DNA from: Eledone cirrhosa
Taxonomy: Eukaryota
Assembly (NCBI GenBank): GCA_964016885.1
Contig: OZ024742.1
Coordinates: 213,962,001 to 214,026,000 of the forward strand
Length of the DNA stretch: 64,000 nt
Direction of reading: 5' to 3'
The notes beneath the pieces were generated by a model, which was given only the letters and a program-made list of their open reading frames with translations, made no database searches and was not told the DNA's origin. Shown one piece after another: positions 1-11,980 of the stretch (positions within the stretch are counted from its first letter, which is position 1; each line of letters begins with the position of its first letter). The translations under genes were made by a program, and so were the position numbers.

Positions 1-62
1 CGGCTATTGTGTTGCGGCTGTTTCAAATTTTTCACTGAATAATTTCGTTATTTACACCCTCC

Positions 63-216
63 CACACACACACACATACACACAGATACACACACGCACA
101 CAGACATAGACTCACACACACTCACACACATACACCAACACACATATCTGTCTATCTAACTATCTGTCCTTCTATCTATCCATCTCTCTCTCCCTCTCTT
201 TCATTTCTCTCTCCGT

Positions 217-287
<71 letters not shown>

Positions 288-320
288 ATATATATATATA
301 CACGTATATATATATATATT
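63..320. repeat. (CA)n/(CT)n/(TA)n compound microsatellite
   Basis: Direct reading. Similar tracts recur across the window (e.g. 1162-1230, 3094-3191, 27717-27850, 28720-28795, 29593-29700, 32061-32162, 38600-38745). Confidence 0.95.
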
Positions 321-995
321 GCTCTGATTATTTAATTTATTAATTCATCATTGAGCCACATCGTGAATGGTTGCCAAAACAAAAACATATATATCTGTGA
401 CTTTGTCTAGTTTGTGTATATGTAAATCTTTATATTTAATAATCTCCCATTAGGTTGAGATGCAATTTGGGCAATGTTGGGCTGCGCTTTCTAGCAACCA
501 GCCCACTCGCTGTAAGCAACCAATCACATTCTTTCTGACTTGACCACTGCACATCACAATTCTTAGCCATTTTGAATTTGTTTCTGGCGGGGATCACTTT
601 AGAAAATTACTTGTCCAATGAGTTTGTTTCCTGATGAGTTCGAAGCTCGAGATTTTATCCTTAATAGGATATTTCCAAATGCAAACGAACCCGAGGATAG
701 AAACATAATCCTGGTAGTTGTATATTCATTTCTTCTAACTTTAATTTTATATCTAATTGTGTATGGTTGACGGTATATTTAGTCGATTTCTACGTGCTGT
801 TGAAATGTTGGGTAAATATTCTATGGCGGTTGGTCGCGAAGAGATTGCTGTCGTTTATTTATCTACTATTTCTTCATAGGTGCCTTTTAATCGTATAGCC
901 TGGTCTAATTGATTTTTTATGTGGGTAATTATGCTAATTGGGAGAGGAAATGGTGTATATATATTATCAAATGATTCTATGGACATACTTTATAG

Positions 996-1026
<31 letters not shown>

Positions 1027-1158
1027 TTTATTTAATTATATAATAAACAACACAATACAATTATTCCATTTACCAAAGGTTTCACGAAGACAGGCGAGCT
1101 CAACAGAGACGTCTGAAATCGTTCATCACACACACACACACACGTACACACATATATA

Positions 1159-1207
<49 letters not shown>

Positions 1208-1327
1208 TATAGATATACATATATATATATACACAACGAAGGAGGTGTGGTAAGGAACAAGATGGACCATAACGCACCAGAGTACTCAATACTTAAGGTA
1301 GTAGAGTGGGTAATAGGAAAATGTTTA

Positions 1328-1423
1328 ACCCCGACGGCAGAGCTCAAGCCGTTTCGACGGCTATTTCTGGACTAAATTTGAATTTTTCGCGTGGTAAATA
1401 AATAGCTGAACTTTTCAAGGGGT
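1328..1423 (-). ncRNA. Type I hammerhead ribozyme, U3-A8 core variant
   Basis: Minus strand reads ACCCC-TTGAAAA-G..GCTATTT..AAATAGC..C-GAA-ACGGC-ttgagctct-GCCGT-C-GGGGT. Stems I, II and III pair; GUC cleavage triplet. Confidence 0.7.
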
Positions 1424-2089
1424 AATTCCTTATATGGGAAGATTTTAGTTGTGAAAAGGATTGGTCAAACTTTCTTGTAAACACAATCAAATCGTTCATG
1501 TCATTAGGTGGGGATGGCTGAACTTGCCTGTAGAACAATGAGGGAGTGGGCGGAGCCGGTCAAGCGTTGAAAGTGAGTTCTACACAGCAAATTCTAAGGA
1601 GTGTGTATAAAATTAGGCTAGTTAGGAAGCAGGCGAAAAAGGGTTCTGGAGGAATTAGAGAGGGGACGTTATAGAATAGTTTAATACATTGAGATTAAAA
1701 GATAATAAATAAATAAAAAAATATATAAAAATAATAAAATTGGATAGTAAAAAGTAAAAAAAAAATCGCTAGGGTCTAAAGCAGCTGCTATATTTAGTTG
1801 GTAGTGCGTTTTCGGCCAATGCTATATAATTTACTGGGGTGGGGGTTCTGAGGCTACAAAAGCCCGATGGGCTGCCTCGGGGTAGGCGAAAGAGGAAAAA
1901 GGAAAGGTAAGAGGAGCGAGAGTGGAGGAAAGTGACAGGAAGAGATAAAAGGAAGAAGGAAAGAAAAAGGAAAAGAAAAGAAATACATCTACCTATGTTA
2001 GCTGTCGTTTCTCCTTTCTTGTTCGGCAAGTGGAGAAAAGGAAGATGTTGCAGCCATTGTCTACCCACCCGGGTCATGAGGGGTTTGAG

Positions 2090-2230
2090 GGCGAGATAAG
2101 TCCTACGGAATCGGTGTTTACATGCAGTTACAAGTTCGTCTTTTTTGTTTAGGAGTTGGTTCTTTGTACACAGCATTTGAAATGTTTCCTCCGTGCATAA
2201 GTTACACGGAAGTTCAGCCACCCCCACCTC
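2090..2230 (-). pseudogene. C-terminal remnant of Penelope GIY-YIG endonuclease ORF
   Basis: CNLCTEETFQMLCTKNQLLNKKDELVTACKHR matches the CxLCxxEKxxI...LLNKRxEL...CRH tail typical of PLE ORFs. Confidence 0.75.
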
Positions 2231-2319
2231 CCACCTACTGCCATGAAAGATTTAATTGTGTTTACAAGAAATTTTGACCAATCCTTTTGACAAATTACAA
2301 TCTTTCCATATAAGGAATT

Positions 2320-2415
2320 ACCCCTTGAAAAGTTCGGGTATTTATGTACCACGCTAAAAATTCTAATTTAGTCCAGAAATACCCGTCGAAACGGCTTGAG
2401 CTCTGCCGTCGGGGT
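2320..2415 (+). ncRNA. Type I hammerhead ribozyme, U3-A8 core variant (inverted copy)
   Basis: ACCCC-TTGAAAA-Gtt-CGGGTATTT..AAATACCCG-tC-GAA-ACGGC-loop-GCCGT-C-GGGGT; predicted cleavage after C2410. Confidence 0.75.
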
Positions 2416-2569
2416 TAAATATTTTCCTATATATATGTATATATATATATATATATCTAGGGAATGTAACGTGCAGTTGCTGTAGGTTCACACGAGTGAG
2501 CACGCGATTCATAGTTTCCAGTATGTAAGGAGGTATAGAACTAAGCAGAGTGTAATTATAATAATAATA

Positions 2570-2795
2570 GAAAGGACGATTTCTTATGTCTTCATTACGT
2601 TTATCGACTAGTGTCGCCCGTTTCGCTATTGATCAGCTCAAGGTTCGATCTGTATCGCGCTAGCCCGACTCCTAGAATGAAAAGCTCGTCGGATTCCACA
2701 GTCAGGCTAGATCGATGCAGATCTAACCTTGAGCTGATTAATAGTGAAACGAGTGTCACTACTCAATAAACGTAATGAAGACATAACAAATCGTC

Positions 2796-2800
<5 letters not shown>
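2570..2800. repeat. Long imperfect palindrome (~100-bp arms, ~30-nt spacer), probably a PLE-derived foldback
   Basis: 2570-2670 is the reverse complement of ~2700-2800 with scattered mismatches; abuts (TA)n. Confidence 0.85.
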
Positions 2801-2852
<52 letters not shown>

Positions 2853-3092
2853 TATTGAATAAAATGACAGGAGGCCGGAAATTTGAAATTCCTATAAAGT
2901 TTTTATTCCGCAGGCACTATATATAATTCAATGACCAGTAAGATTCCAGTGACATCATCATGGGCATTGCATAACAGTTATAAAGGAAACATGGTGAACA
3001 CAGGTTGTGTACAAAGAGACAATTGTAAAGATAAAAATACTTGACTCGGGGAGGCAGCCTAACCCTTTTTTCCGGCAAATGTGCCAAGACAG

Positions 3093-3193
<101 letters not shown>

Positions 3194-3389
3194 ATAACAC
3201 GGTATCATTTAAGGTAATTCAGTTAGAGGTTGTGAGTACTCTGTACTGTGGATAGTTTCAACGTACGGCGTTGTTTGACTCAACAATTCCTGATGTATCT
3301 TGAGTTTCAGAAACCATGGTCGTGGTATTATATAACTTAAAATTGACTTTTCTGAGCCGATTTAACTTTTATCCCCCCCAACAAATGAG

Positions 3390-3441
<52 letters not shown>

Positions 3442-3443
<2 letters not shown>

Positions 3444-3537
3444 AAGGCGGGTAAAATTCCCGAGATCCATGGACGAGTTCTCTCCAGCGATCTCTGTCCC
3501 TCATTATCGCTGCCATGTTGTCCTGCGTCTCCAACAT
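3442..3537 (-). mobile_element. 3' end remnant of an RTE-clade LINE in (TA)n
   Basis: LETQDNMAAIMRDRDRWRELV resembles the MxDRxxWR C-terminus of RTE ORFs. Confidence 0.5.
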
Positions 3538-4357
3538 ATATATATATACATATATATAGTAAACAAAGATAGAATTCAATATATATATATATATATATAT
3601 AATTAACAAAGATAGAATACAAAACACATAGAATCAAACACAAACACACACACCAAACTTAAAACACACACACAGACGCATGCGCAAACAGAGACAGAGA
3701 TAAGAATAAATAGAAAAATTAATAAAATAAAAATGGCGTAGACATTAAAATACAACAGGAGGAAACATAATAGTACCACTGATGATGTCACAGATGTGGG
3801 ACGAAAGAACTTTGATAGACTATATATATATATATATATTTATATCTGTATTTTTAACTGTTAGTGATTCAATGATAAACATTGATTGCCAGATGAATTA
3901 ACTATGGAGATATAAAAGATACAGAAGCGAAAACCAATCCAAACCAAACAGTGAGTGTGTTTTATTATTATTTCTGCCAATATTATAACTATATGACCCT
4001 CCCCAAATATAACAATATATATATATATACACACATGCATTTATATGTGTGTGTAGCGTATTTTATCATTCTCCTCCTCTGTAGTCTAATTTTCCTTAAT
4101 GCCAGAAATAATTTCAATTAAAACTCGCTCTATAACCCACTTTTCCAGCAAATGTGCCAAGACAGTTTTATAACTTAATTTGTTGGGGATAATAATAATA
4201 ACTCTCACATCATTACATATATGTTTGTTTTATTTGGAGGATAGTGATGGTCGAGTTGATAGTAACGTTGGACGCAATACCAGTCGTTGTTAAGGTAGGT
4301 CAGGTGATACTGGTTGTGGTGATGAGGTGATGTTTGAGATGGTGTTGTTTATCATTA

Positions 4358-4472
4358 TCCCGCCGAGGTTAACTTTGTCTTACATCCTGACGGGAGTCGA
4401 TAAAATAAAGCTCCAGTAATGCACTGGGATAATTGCTGGTCTTGTGGTCTTGTGCCAAAAGTAGAAACAATT
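4358..4472 (+). mobile_element. SINE fragment (conserved central domain ...CATCCTnnCGGGGTCGATAAAATAAAGTACCAG...)
   Basis: Shares its core with copies at 10778-10955, 26810-26945 and 29108-29290. Confidence 0.65.
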
Positions 4473-4734
4473 ATTGTATACGTGTATGTGTGTATTAATG
4501 TGTGCGTGTGTGTGTTGAATGTTGGTCTGTGTATGTGTGTGTATACGTGTGTGTGTCTGTGTGTGTTTATATTTTTTAGTAACTTTTGATAGTTGTAAAA
4601 TTTGATGGTGGGTGGTGGTGGTTAGGGATATGCGATTGTCATGATTTAGAGTTCGATGTAATAATGATGGTGGTGATGATGGTAGCTATGAAAGTGTATT
4701 TGCGTGTGTGACCTTAATGGTGGTGTTATGGTCG

Positions 4735-4925
4735 TTGTTCATCCCCATGTCGACTCCAACAAATCCGATCGATACAACAAAAGTATTTAAGCTTTGGCCA
4801 CACTGTCTGTTTACAGTAGCTATGCGCCGTGGACCTTATTGTTCAATGTGATATTTTAAAATCCAGCAGGAAGTGATTTAAATTATATTTGGTTTATATA
4901 TTTGGCAAACTGGATTTTCCTCATT
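4735..4925 (+). mobile_element. Diverged dispersed repeat (SINE-like family ending GTGATTTGAGG..ATTTGGCT..TATTTCTAG)
   Basis: Related degenerate copies at 7530-7690, 13345-13555 and 26465-26625 (-). Confidence 0.45.
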
Positions 4926-5390
4926 AGCTGGGGAGGTATGTTGATAATAATGGTGATGGTGGCTGCAGTGATGTGATATTGGTGTTAGTGGTGATGTTGA
5001 TACTGTTTATAGGAATAATAGTGGTTCAGGATGCATGCTGCTAGTTCTGCTGTTAGTGGTGATAATGGCAAGTACGCTGCTGCAACAGGTCAGCCATAAT
5101 AAAACAAAACTATATTGGAAGTCATTCCAACCGCGACGATCCAGACATTTAAAAAAAAGATATAGTGTATCTAGAAACGTTATTATGTCATGTGCTTTTC
5201 CTTTCTTGAAAGATTGGATAGGAAGGATATTAGGCTGTTATTTTATGCAGGTCGAATAACAAAGTCAAAGCCCCAGCGTTTGCTGCTGATCTTGGTTGAC
5301 GTATTGGGTGATAGTTATGCTGATGGCAGTTATGATTATGTAGTGTCAATGTAGAAGCGGTAGTAGTGGTGGTAATTATGGTATTGTAAA

Positions 5391-6182
5391 TGATGGTGGT
5401 TGTCGCTGTGTAGTTTTTATGCAACTGGTAGTAGTGTCGATGGATAGTAAATGTTGTGATGGTGGTTGTCGCTGTGTAGTTTTTATGCAACTGGTAGTAG
5501 TGTCGATGGATAGTAGATGTTGTGATGGTGGTTGTCGCTGTGTAGTTTTTATGCAACTGGTAGTAGTGTCGATGGATAGTAGATGTTGTGATGGTGGTTG
5601 TCGCTGTGTAGTTTTTATGCAACTGGTAGTAGTGTCGATGGATAGTAGATGTTGTGATGGTGGTTGTTGCTGTGTAGTTTTTATGCAACTGGTAGTAGTG
5701 TCGATGGATAGTAGATGTTGTGATGGTGGTTGTTGCTGTGTAGTTTTTATGCAACTGGTAGTAGTGTCGATGGATAGTAGATGTTGTGATGGTGGTTGTC
5801 GCTGTGTAGTTTTTATGCAACTGGTAGTAGTGTCGATGGATAGTAGATGTTGTGATGGTGGTTGTCGCTGTGTAGTTTTTATGCAACTGGTAGAAGTGTC
5901 GATGGATAGTAGATGTTGTGATGGTGGTTGTCGCTGTGTAGTTTTTATGCAACTGGTAGTAGTGTCGATGGATAGTAGATGTTGTGATGGTGGTTGTTGC
6001 TGTGTAGTTTTTATGCAACTGGTAGTAGTGTCGATGGATAGTAGATGTTGTGATGGTGGTTGTTGCTGTGTAGTTTTTATGCAACTGGTAGTAGTGTCGA
6101 TGGATAGTAGATGTTGTGATGGTGGTTGTCGCTGTGTAGTTTTTATGCAACTGGTAGTAGTGTCGATGGATAGTAGATGTTG
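5391..6182. repeat. 66-bp minisatellite, 12 near-identical copies
   Basis: Unit tgatggtggttgt(c/t)gctgtgtagtttttatgcaactggtagtagtgtcgatggatagtagatgttg; gives a 22-aa periodicity in three open frames. Confidence 0.97.
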
Positions 6183-7269
6183 TAGTAACAAACACAATAA
6201 CAGAGCAGATAAAAAACATCCGTGAGAGAGTAGCAAGTTACTATTAACTATTAAAATAAGACAATTATTGATGAGAACATGTCATTATTTAACTAATTTT
6301 TTTATTAAGAAAGAGAGAAAAAACAGACACAGATTATAAATCAAAATTAATTAAAAATAGAATACTGTGGCTGAGTGAATCTACTTTTTAGCAATACAAT
6401 TCGTAATTTGGCCGACTAGATCTAAACCGCGAAGCATAATTTAACCAATACGTCAGATTGTAGAATGATTTCATTTATTTTTTATATAGTGACGCCTACT
6501 TTACTTTTATACAACATGTACCCCTGGGTGTTTTTCTACAGTTATTCTTTCGTAATAGTTAAACATTGTGGTGAAGAAAGCTTTACTAATTAGTTAGGTG
6601 TGGTGTCAGCGAGGAAAGCTTTACTAATTAGTTGGCTGGCGCTGATTTCTATATGGTTTAGACGGTTTGTTTAGTGTCTGCTACATAAAAATACAGTACT
6701 TAATACAGTACTTTGGAGTATGGCACAGTTATGAATTGTAATAATATCAGTAATACCTCAGTGCTAAAGTATGTTCAACCTCTGAAGAGGAAATCTGACC
6801 TTAACATGCAGTCTTATCTGTATTAAAAAATATGTGACTGCCATTAAAGGTGAGGCCAGCCTTTTTTTAGAGGGATCGTATGTTTTAACTGTGTTCTTTT
6901 TTACATGGATTGAGTAAGAAAATTATATATAGTGTGTGTGTGTGTTTTAGAAATGTGGAATAAAACCTGATTTTCATATTGTCATTTGAGGTCTTTGTTT
7001 ATTGTTATATTACTGCTGATTGAATTGTTAGTGCTGGTGTAAGTTGTTTGTAGTATTGGAGAATATATTACTGTTGGACGGGCTGTCAGTTATTATGGGA
7101 CTTAGATCAAACAGGGATATGTAATATAAGCCGTCAGTCACATCGGTACGAACAAGAAGGAAAACATATCAAACATGAACTTACTCAGATCTAAAATGCC
7201 TCCCAAATTGTCATTCCGAGCCTAAAGAAAGATAATCTTCATATGTCTGACTTTACCCATATCACACTA

Positions 7270-7445
7270 AAAAAAGGGTAAAGACCCCCTTCGGTCATGA
7301 ATGATCATGGGACTTGCGCCTAGAAGTCCGGGCAAGGTTGTTTGTGGAAGACCAGCCGTCGCCCATGCATACCAGTCTCCCCACTCCACGCCACCAATGT
7401 TGTCCCAGGAAAAGGCAAAGGCCGATAGAGTTTGGCACCAGGTAT
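7270..7445 (-). mobile_element. Probable short interspersed repeat
   Basis: GC-richer island in AT-rich DNA ending (minus strand) in ...GGGGGTCTTTACCCTTTTT; family not assigned. Confidence 0.35.
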
Positions 7446-7529
7446 CACATTTCATGAACTTATTATTGTTTAGTCCTATGCCAAGTCTAATAAAGCAGTT
7501 ATAAATATAAGGTACCACGCCACTATCAT

Positions 7530-7690
7530 GACTATTCTATCGTTTTAATGTTTTCAGACAGTGTATGTAGGACCATATTATCCATGATATTCTTTTTAAT
7601 GTTCTAAGAGCGTAAGATGTGACCTGAGGAAAATTTGGTTACTATTTCTAGTAAGTTGAGCGATCACATATAGGCTCCCTCATTGACTCG
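7530..7690 (+). mobile_element. Dispersed SINE-like repeat copy
   Basis: gtgacctgaggaaaatttggttactatttctagtaagttgagcgatcacatataggctccctcattgactc aligns with 13478-13552. Confidence 0.5.
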
Positions 7691-8923
7691 ATACACGAGG
7701 TTATAATCGTTCGCTGTTGACTCGCAAGCTCACATAAACGGCCAGGATATGTTCATAATTATGTAGTCGATGTAAAAGGATGAATCCTTCCATTAGGCAC
7801 CGTGTGGAGGTCAGACCATTGCTATGTTGTATTGGATGATGTTTTACGATTAATTCAGTTGAATTTCTGTTTCACATTAAATTAGAGATGGCGGTAGGTT
7901 TATAGTTAAGAAATGCTTCCGATAAGATGAAGCAAAATATGTTTAAACCGACTCATTGCGTAGGCATTTGTATATGTGTGTCTATGTTTTTATTAGCATG
8001 TATTTCTGGTATGAACGTATTACTGTGTATGTGTAGAAATATTCGTATATGTATGAGAATGTTAGCGTGTGTGTGTGTGTAGAAGTACTTCTGTCTATTG
8101 GTGTGTCATGAATGCGTTCTTGTGTCAGTATGTATATGTGTAAGTATAAGTATGTATATATGGGTGACTGTGTATGTGTGTGTTGTGTATGGAGAGGTGG
8201 GGAGCAATTTACTTTCTGTAGCACCAGGATATTGAATGCTTCCGGCGGATGTCACTTTATTCTACTTTTGTTAATGTTCTGAAATTTAAATAAAAAAAAA
8301 AATGAAATAAAACAGATGTACACATACATACATACATATACATAAGTACATACATGCGGAGACATACACACAGAAATATATATATATATATTTATTTTAT
8401 ATGTGTACACGCACCCACAATTAAATGCGCACATGTATGCATTTATATTTATCAAAGGTGCAGGGTGTTTTATAAGTTATTAAATATGATACGAATATAC
8501 ATGGAGGTTCAAAGAAGAGGAAATGTTTGTTTAACATAGAGATTATCAAACACAATCCCCGGTTATCTGCAATTTATAAACTCCATTCCCCGTAGATATA
8601 CGTAAACTTAAACGTATGTATCTATGTATGTATGTATGTATGCTAAAAAGCCACATTCGATCGCAGCGCTGTTAGTTGCTATCGTGTGTGTGTGTGTGTG
8701 TAGATATGCTTTTGTGTGTGCGTGTGTGTGTATATATATATATGTATATGTATATTATTATTGTTGTTGTCGTTATTATTATTGTTGTTATGATTATTAT
8801 TATTATTATTGTTATTAATGTATGTGTGTGTGTATGTGTGTGTGAGTGTGTGTGTATATGTGTATGTATATGTATATATATATATATATATATTTTTTTT
8901 TATTTTTTATTTTTTTTTATTTT

Positions 8924-8962
<39 letters not shown>

Positions 8963-8984
8963 TTTTTATTTTTTTTCTTTCTCC

Positions 8985-9027
8985 TCGTGCAATGGCCATA
9001 CTCGATAACGAGGGGGCAGCCATCATA
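8985..9027 (+). mobile_element. RTE-type 3' tail fragment
   Basis: tggccatactcgataacgagggggcagccatcat resembles the 3' end at 15540-15574 (CTCG-loop-CGAG hairpin), followed by TATG repeats. Confidence 0.5.
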
Positions 9028-10777
9028 TATGTATGTATGTTTGTATGTATGTTTGCATCTATCTACATATGCATGCATGTATGTATGTATGTATATTTAA
9101 TTTCTGTGAGAAAGATTGTTTTTTCCTTAGCTAACGTCTTCAGTCCTTGTCTGTTTATCTCCTCGTACAACACTATACATGCCCGATAGAGAAAGTAAGA
9201 GAGGAAGAGCGAGTTGAAAGAGAGGTTAAGTCTACCAGGTTAGACAACGAAGCATAGTGCCCATGACTTGTTTTCTTTTTTTTTTTTTGCAATTTCTCTA
9301 AGACTAAGTGGATGAAGCGAAAAAGATATGCACCAATTGGAGACCCGGCCCCAATGAGTCCATGCGTTGGTGTTCAACCAGGAGACAATTTTAAGATTAT
9401 ATAGCGAGCTACTTCAGAAGGGCAATAAGTATTAAAGTAACGGTAGGCGAGGAAGATTAAAAAAACAGGTTGTCTTTGAGGAAGTTGAATTAATATTGAT
9501 AAATCCTTATTTTTAATCATCCGAATGTTTCTTGGATGTGGTCTAGGATGTTTCTGACTTGTGATTTGCGATTTGTGTATATGTATGCTTCTTCGTACCT
9601 TTATTAAATCAGATACGTGAGCAATATTTCTGTGTTTGTCGCACTTGTGCTTTTGAACTTTGTAGATCAGAAAAATATACAATATTAAATCTGTTGCAAG
9701 AGATTTTTTCTTGATGTCGCAGCGTAAATAACTATTAAGAATTATTGTTTGATTTATTATAAACACGTACGATTGACTAGCATCCAGCCCCGAGATGATA
9801 TTTTCCTTTAGCGTAACGTTACATATTCTAAAGTTAAAGTATTAGCCTTTAGAAATATCTTCGTTCATCTAGTCTCCTACACACAGGCACGAAGAGACAC
9901 ACACGCGCATATTCTCTTTGCCCCGTATACACACATGATATGTCATATTTAGTGATTAAAATAGATGATTCTTTTAAGCCACTTCTTTTAATATAAACAA
10001 AGTAATATAATTCTAAAAATAAAAAAAAAATTAAATATGAAAATTATTACATAACTTAGATATTCCTCTCAAAATGATGGAGAGCGTTGATTAAACAGTG
10101 AAGCCCAAAGAAAAATGAAGGAAAGTCAAAATATGTAAATATAAGGAACATTAATCTAAAGAATTTGATTAAGAAAGCCATCATTTCTGACAGCAGTGGT
10201 ATATTAATAAATATATAATGCAGCTGATCGAATTTATTGTCAGTGCATCTTTTTCCTTATGATTGTCTCTATCGTTATGGTTATCAATGTTGATTTTTAT
10301 AGTCTCTACTTTCACAGGAAACAGAAAAGAATATAATGTGCAGATTGTAAATAAGTCGTCTTTATTGCTTGTTTCTAAATATTCTAATATCAATTTTCAT
10401 CACATTCACCTTCAATATGCCAGCGCGGCTTTTGCTTTCTTGGTTATTGTTAATTTGACGTAAATGTCAAAATTTGCTTTCACTTTTGCTGTTATGAAAA
10501 TAAATTATGAAAGAAAATATAACAATGAAAATATGTAGATTTCAATGAAAAGTAAAAAATTAATTTAAACAAAGGAAAGCTTAGTTTTGCACATAGAATT
10601 AGCTGGGGAACACTGAAGTATTTTCGTCTATAAAGGTAGTTGAAACTCAATAAATTAAACCAATAATTCTTTCCCTTATAAACGTGTGGGAAATGAAACA
10701 GCAGCGACAAGAAAAGGAGACCAAGTTGTCGATTTAATTACTAAATGTTCATACTCACCAGCTTAACTATTAACACT

Positions 10778-10955
10778 TTGTGGTATAGAGTTGCGACTCT
10801 GTATCCTCTGAGTTCTAATCTCGTCGAGGTTAGCTTTGCCTTTTATCCTTACGGGGTCGATAAAATAAAGTACCAGTATTGCACTGGGGTCGATTTCATC
10901 GACTTTTCCCTTCCCCAAAATTGTTTGCCTAGTCCTTAAATCAGAAACCATTATT
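10778..10955 (+). mobile_element. tRNA-derived SINE
   Basis: B-box-like GAGTTCTAATC, central CTTTGCCTTTTATCCTTACGGGGTCGATAAAATAAAGTACCAG domain, (ATT)n tail. Confidence 0.7.
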
Positions 10956-11039
10956 ATTGTTAAATGCAACGATTTATTGCGGTCGGGAGACATGTGCTGA
11001 GAGGATAACAAATCAGGCAAATCTGAAAACTTTTCAAAG

Positions 11040-11900
11040 GCATAGTAAAAATTAGATGTTCGTTATTTTGAAATGTTTCATAGCCTAAATGAAATAAGTT
11101 TCAATCGTTAGTCGAAGTTGAGTAATGCATTTGGTACGCTAGGTGTTGATTTCAGGATTACTACTGTAAATCCTCACGCTACTGGTAAATGTACTGCCTA
11201 CCACAATCTCCCTGTCAAGCGAACGTAGCATTGCAATCCATCGAAGGTGACATATAATCACAGCTTAGAGCTCTCTCATGTAAATTGCATAGTAGCCAAT
11301 TAAATTCCTTTGCAGAACACGTCTATTCGCCACTCCCCAATTAAGTTGTTTTTGTAAATAGCGCTATTGCAGAAAAAACTGCCATGTTATTTGTCCACGT
11401 TGCTTTCAATTTCAAAATACCTGCATACAACGAATCTTGAATTTAATTTACGAAACAATGTCTTTGATACAGTCGCCTAAAATGGAAATATCTCTGTTTG
11501 CTCTATCCCAGCATGAATGTTGGTCTTGACCAGTAATCCTTGTATTATCCCGAAACCAATACCAAACAATGTGTTCCAAGTATAAAGATATAAAGAAATA
11601 CGATGCTACAAATACGAAGTTACATACTGTCTCCGTTTTTAACTATATTGAACATCGTTAGTTATGAAGCTATGGGCAGTAAGGTTTATGTAGAGCTAGA
11701 ACTATTGAAATTTCCTTTACTAAATAACAAAACACCAAGAATCTTTGGAATTTCTGTAGAACGAATATTGTTGCGCTTGACGTACATAACCTCCCAAGGA
11801 TAATCCTTAAAAGCTAAACGCCTCTCTTCAACTGAATTGTATATTTCATTTCAGACTATTCAATTACAGTGAGTGTTGATCTCGGCTTTTTTAAAGAACC
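11040..11900 (-). pseudogene. Highly decayed DNA transposase remnant (hAT-like)
   Basis: Frameshifted LQRNL/WLLCNLH..EL..L..TFDG near 11240-11320 resembles a WLxCxLHxNELPLRHLFxxLDG transposase motif; boundaries uncertain. Confidence 0.3.
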
Positions 11901-11980
11901 GTTACTAAACATAAACAATCTTTTTGTCCGATAGCTTTAAGGATTCCGCCAATGCACTACACATAATGATACCTTACACC

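Larger units (their letters stand above)
1232..2428 (-). mobile_element. 5'-truncated Penelope-like element with inverted pseudo-LTR, flanked by (TA)n
   Basis: Minus-strand PLE C-terminal motif at 2090-2230; ~185-bp inverted repeat 1316-1500 / 2243-2428 with a hammerhead in each arm. Confidence 0.75.

Noticed and set aside
626-660. CTGATGAG-ttcgaag-CTCGAGA hammerhead-like string
   Set aside because: GAGA instead of GAAA, and no stem I/III pairing.
938-1347. ORFs rich in YI/IY, HT/TH, CV/VC or MYVC repeats (here and throughout the window)
   Set aside because: Translations of (TA)n, (CA)n and (TATG)n microsatellites.
5391-6182. CRISPR-like regular repeat
   Set aside because: Units are contiguous with no unique spacers; eukaryotic context.
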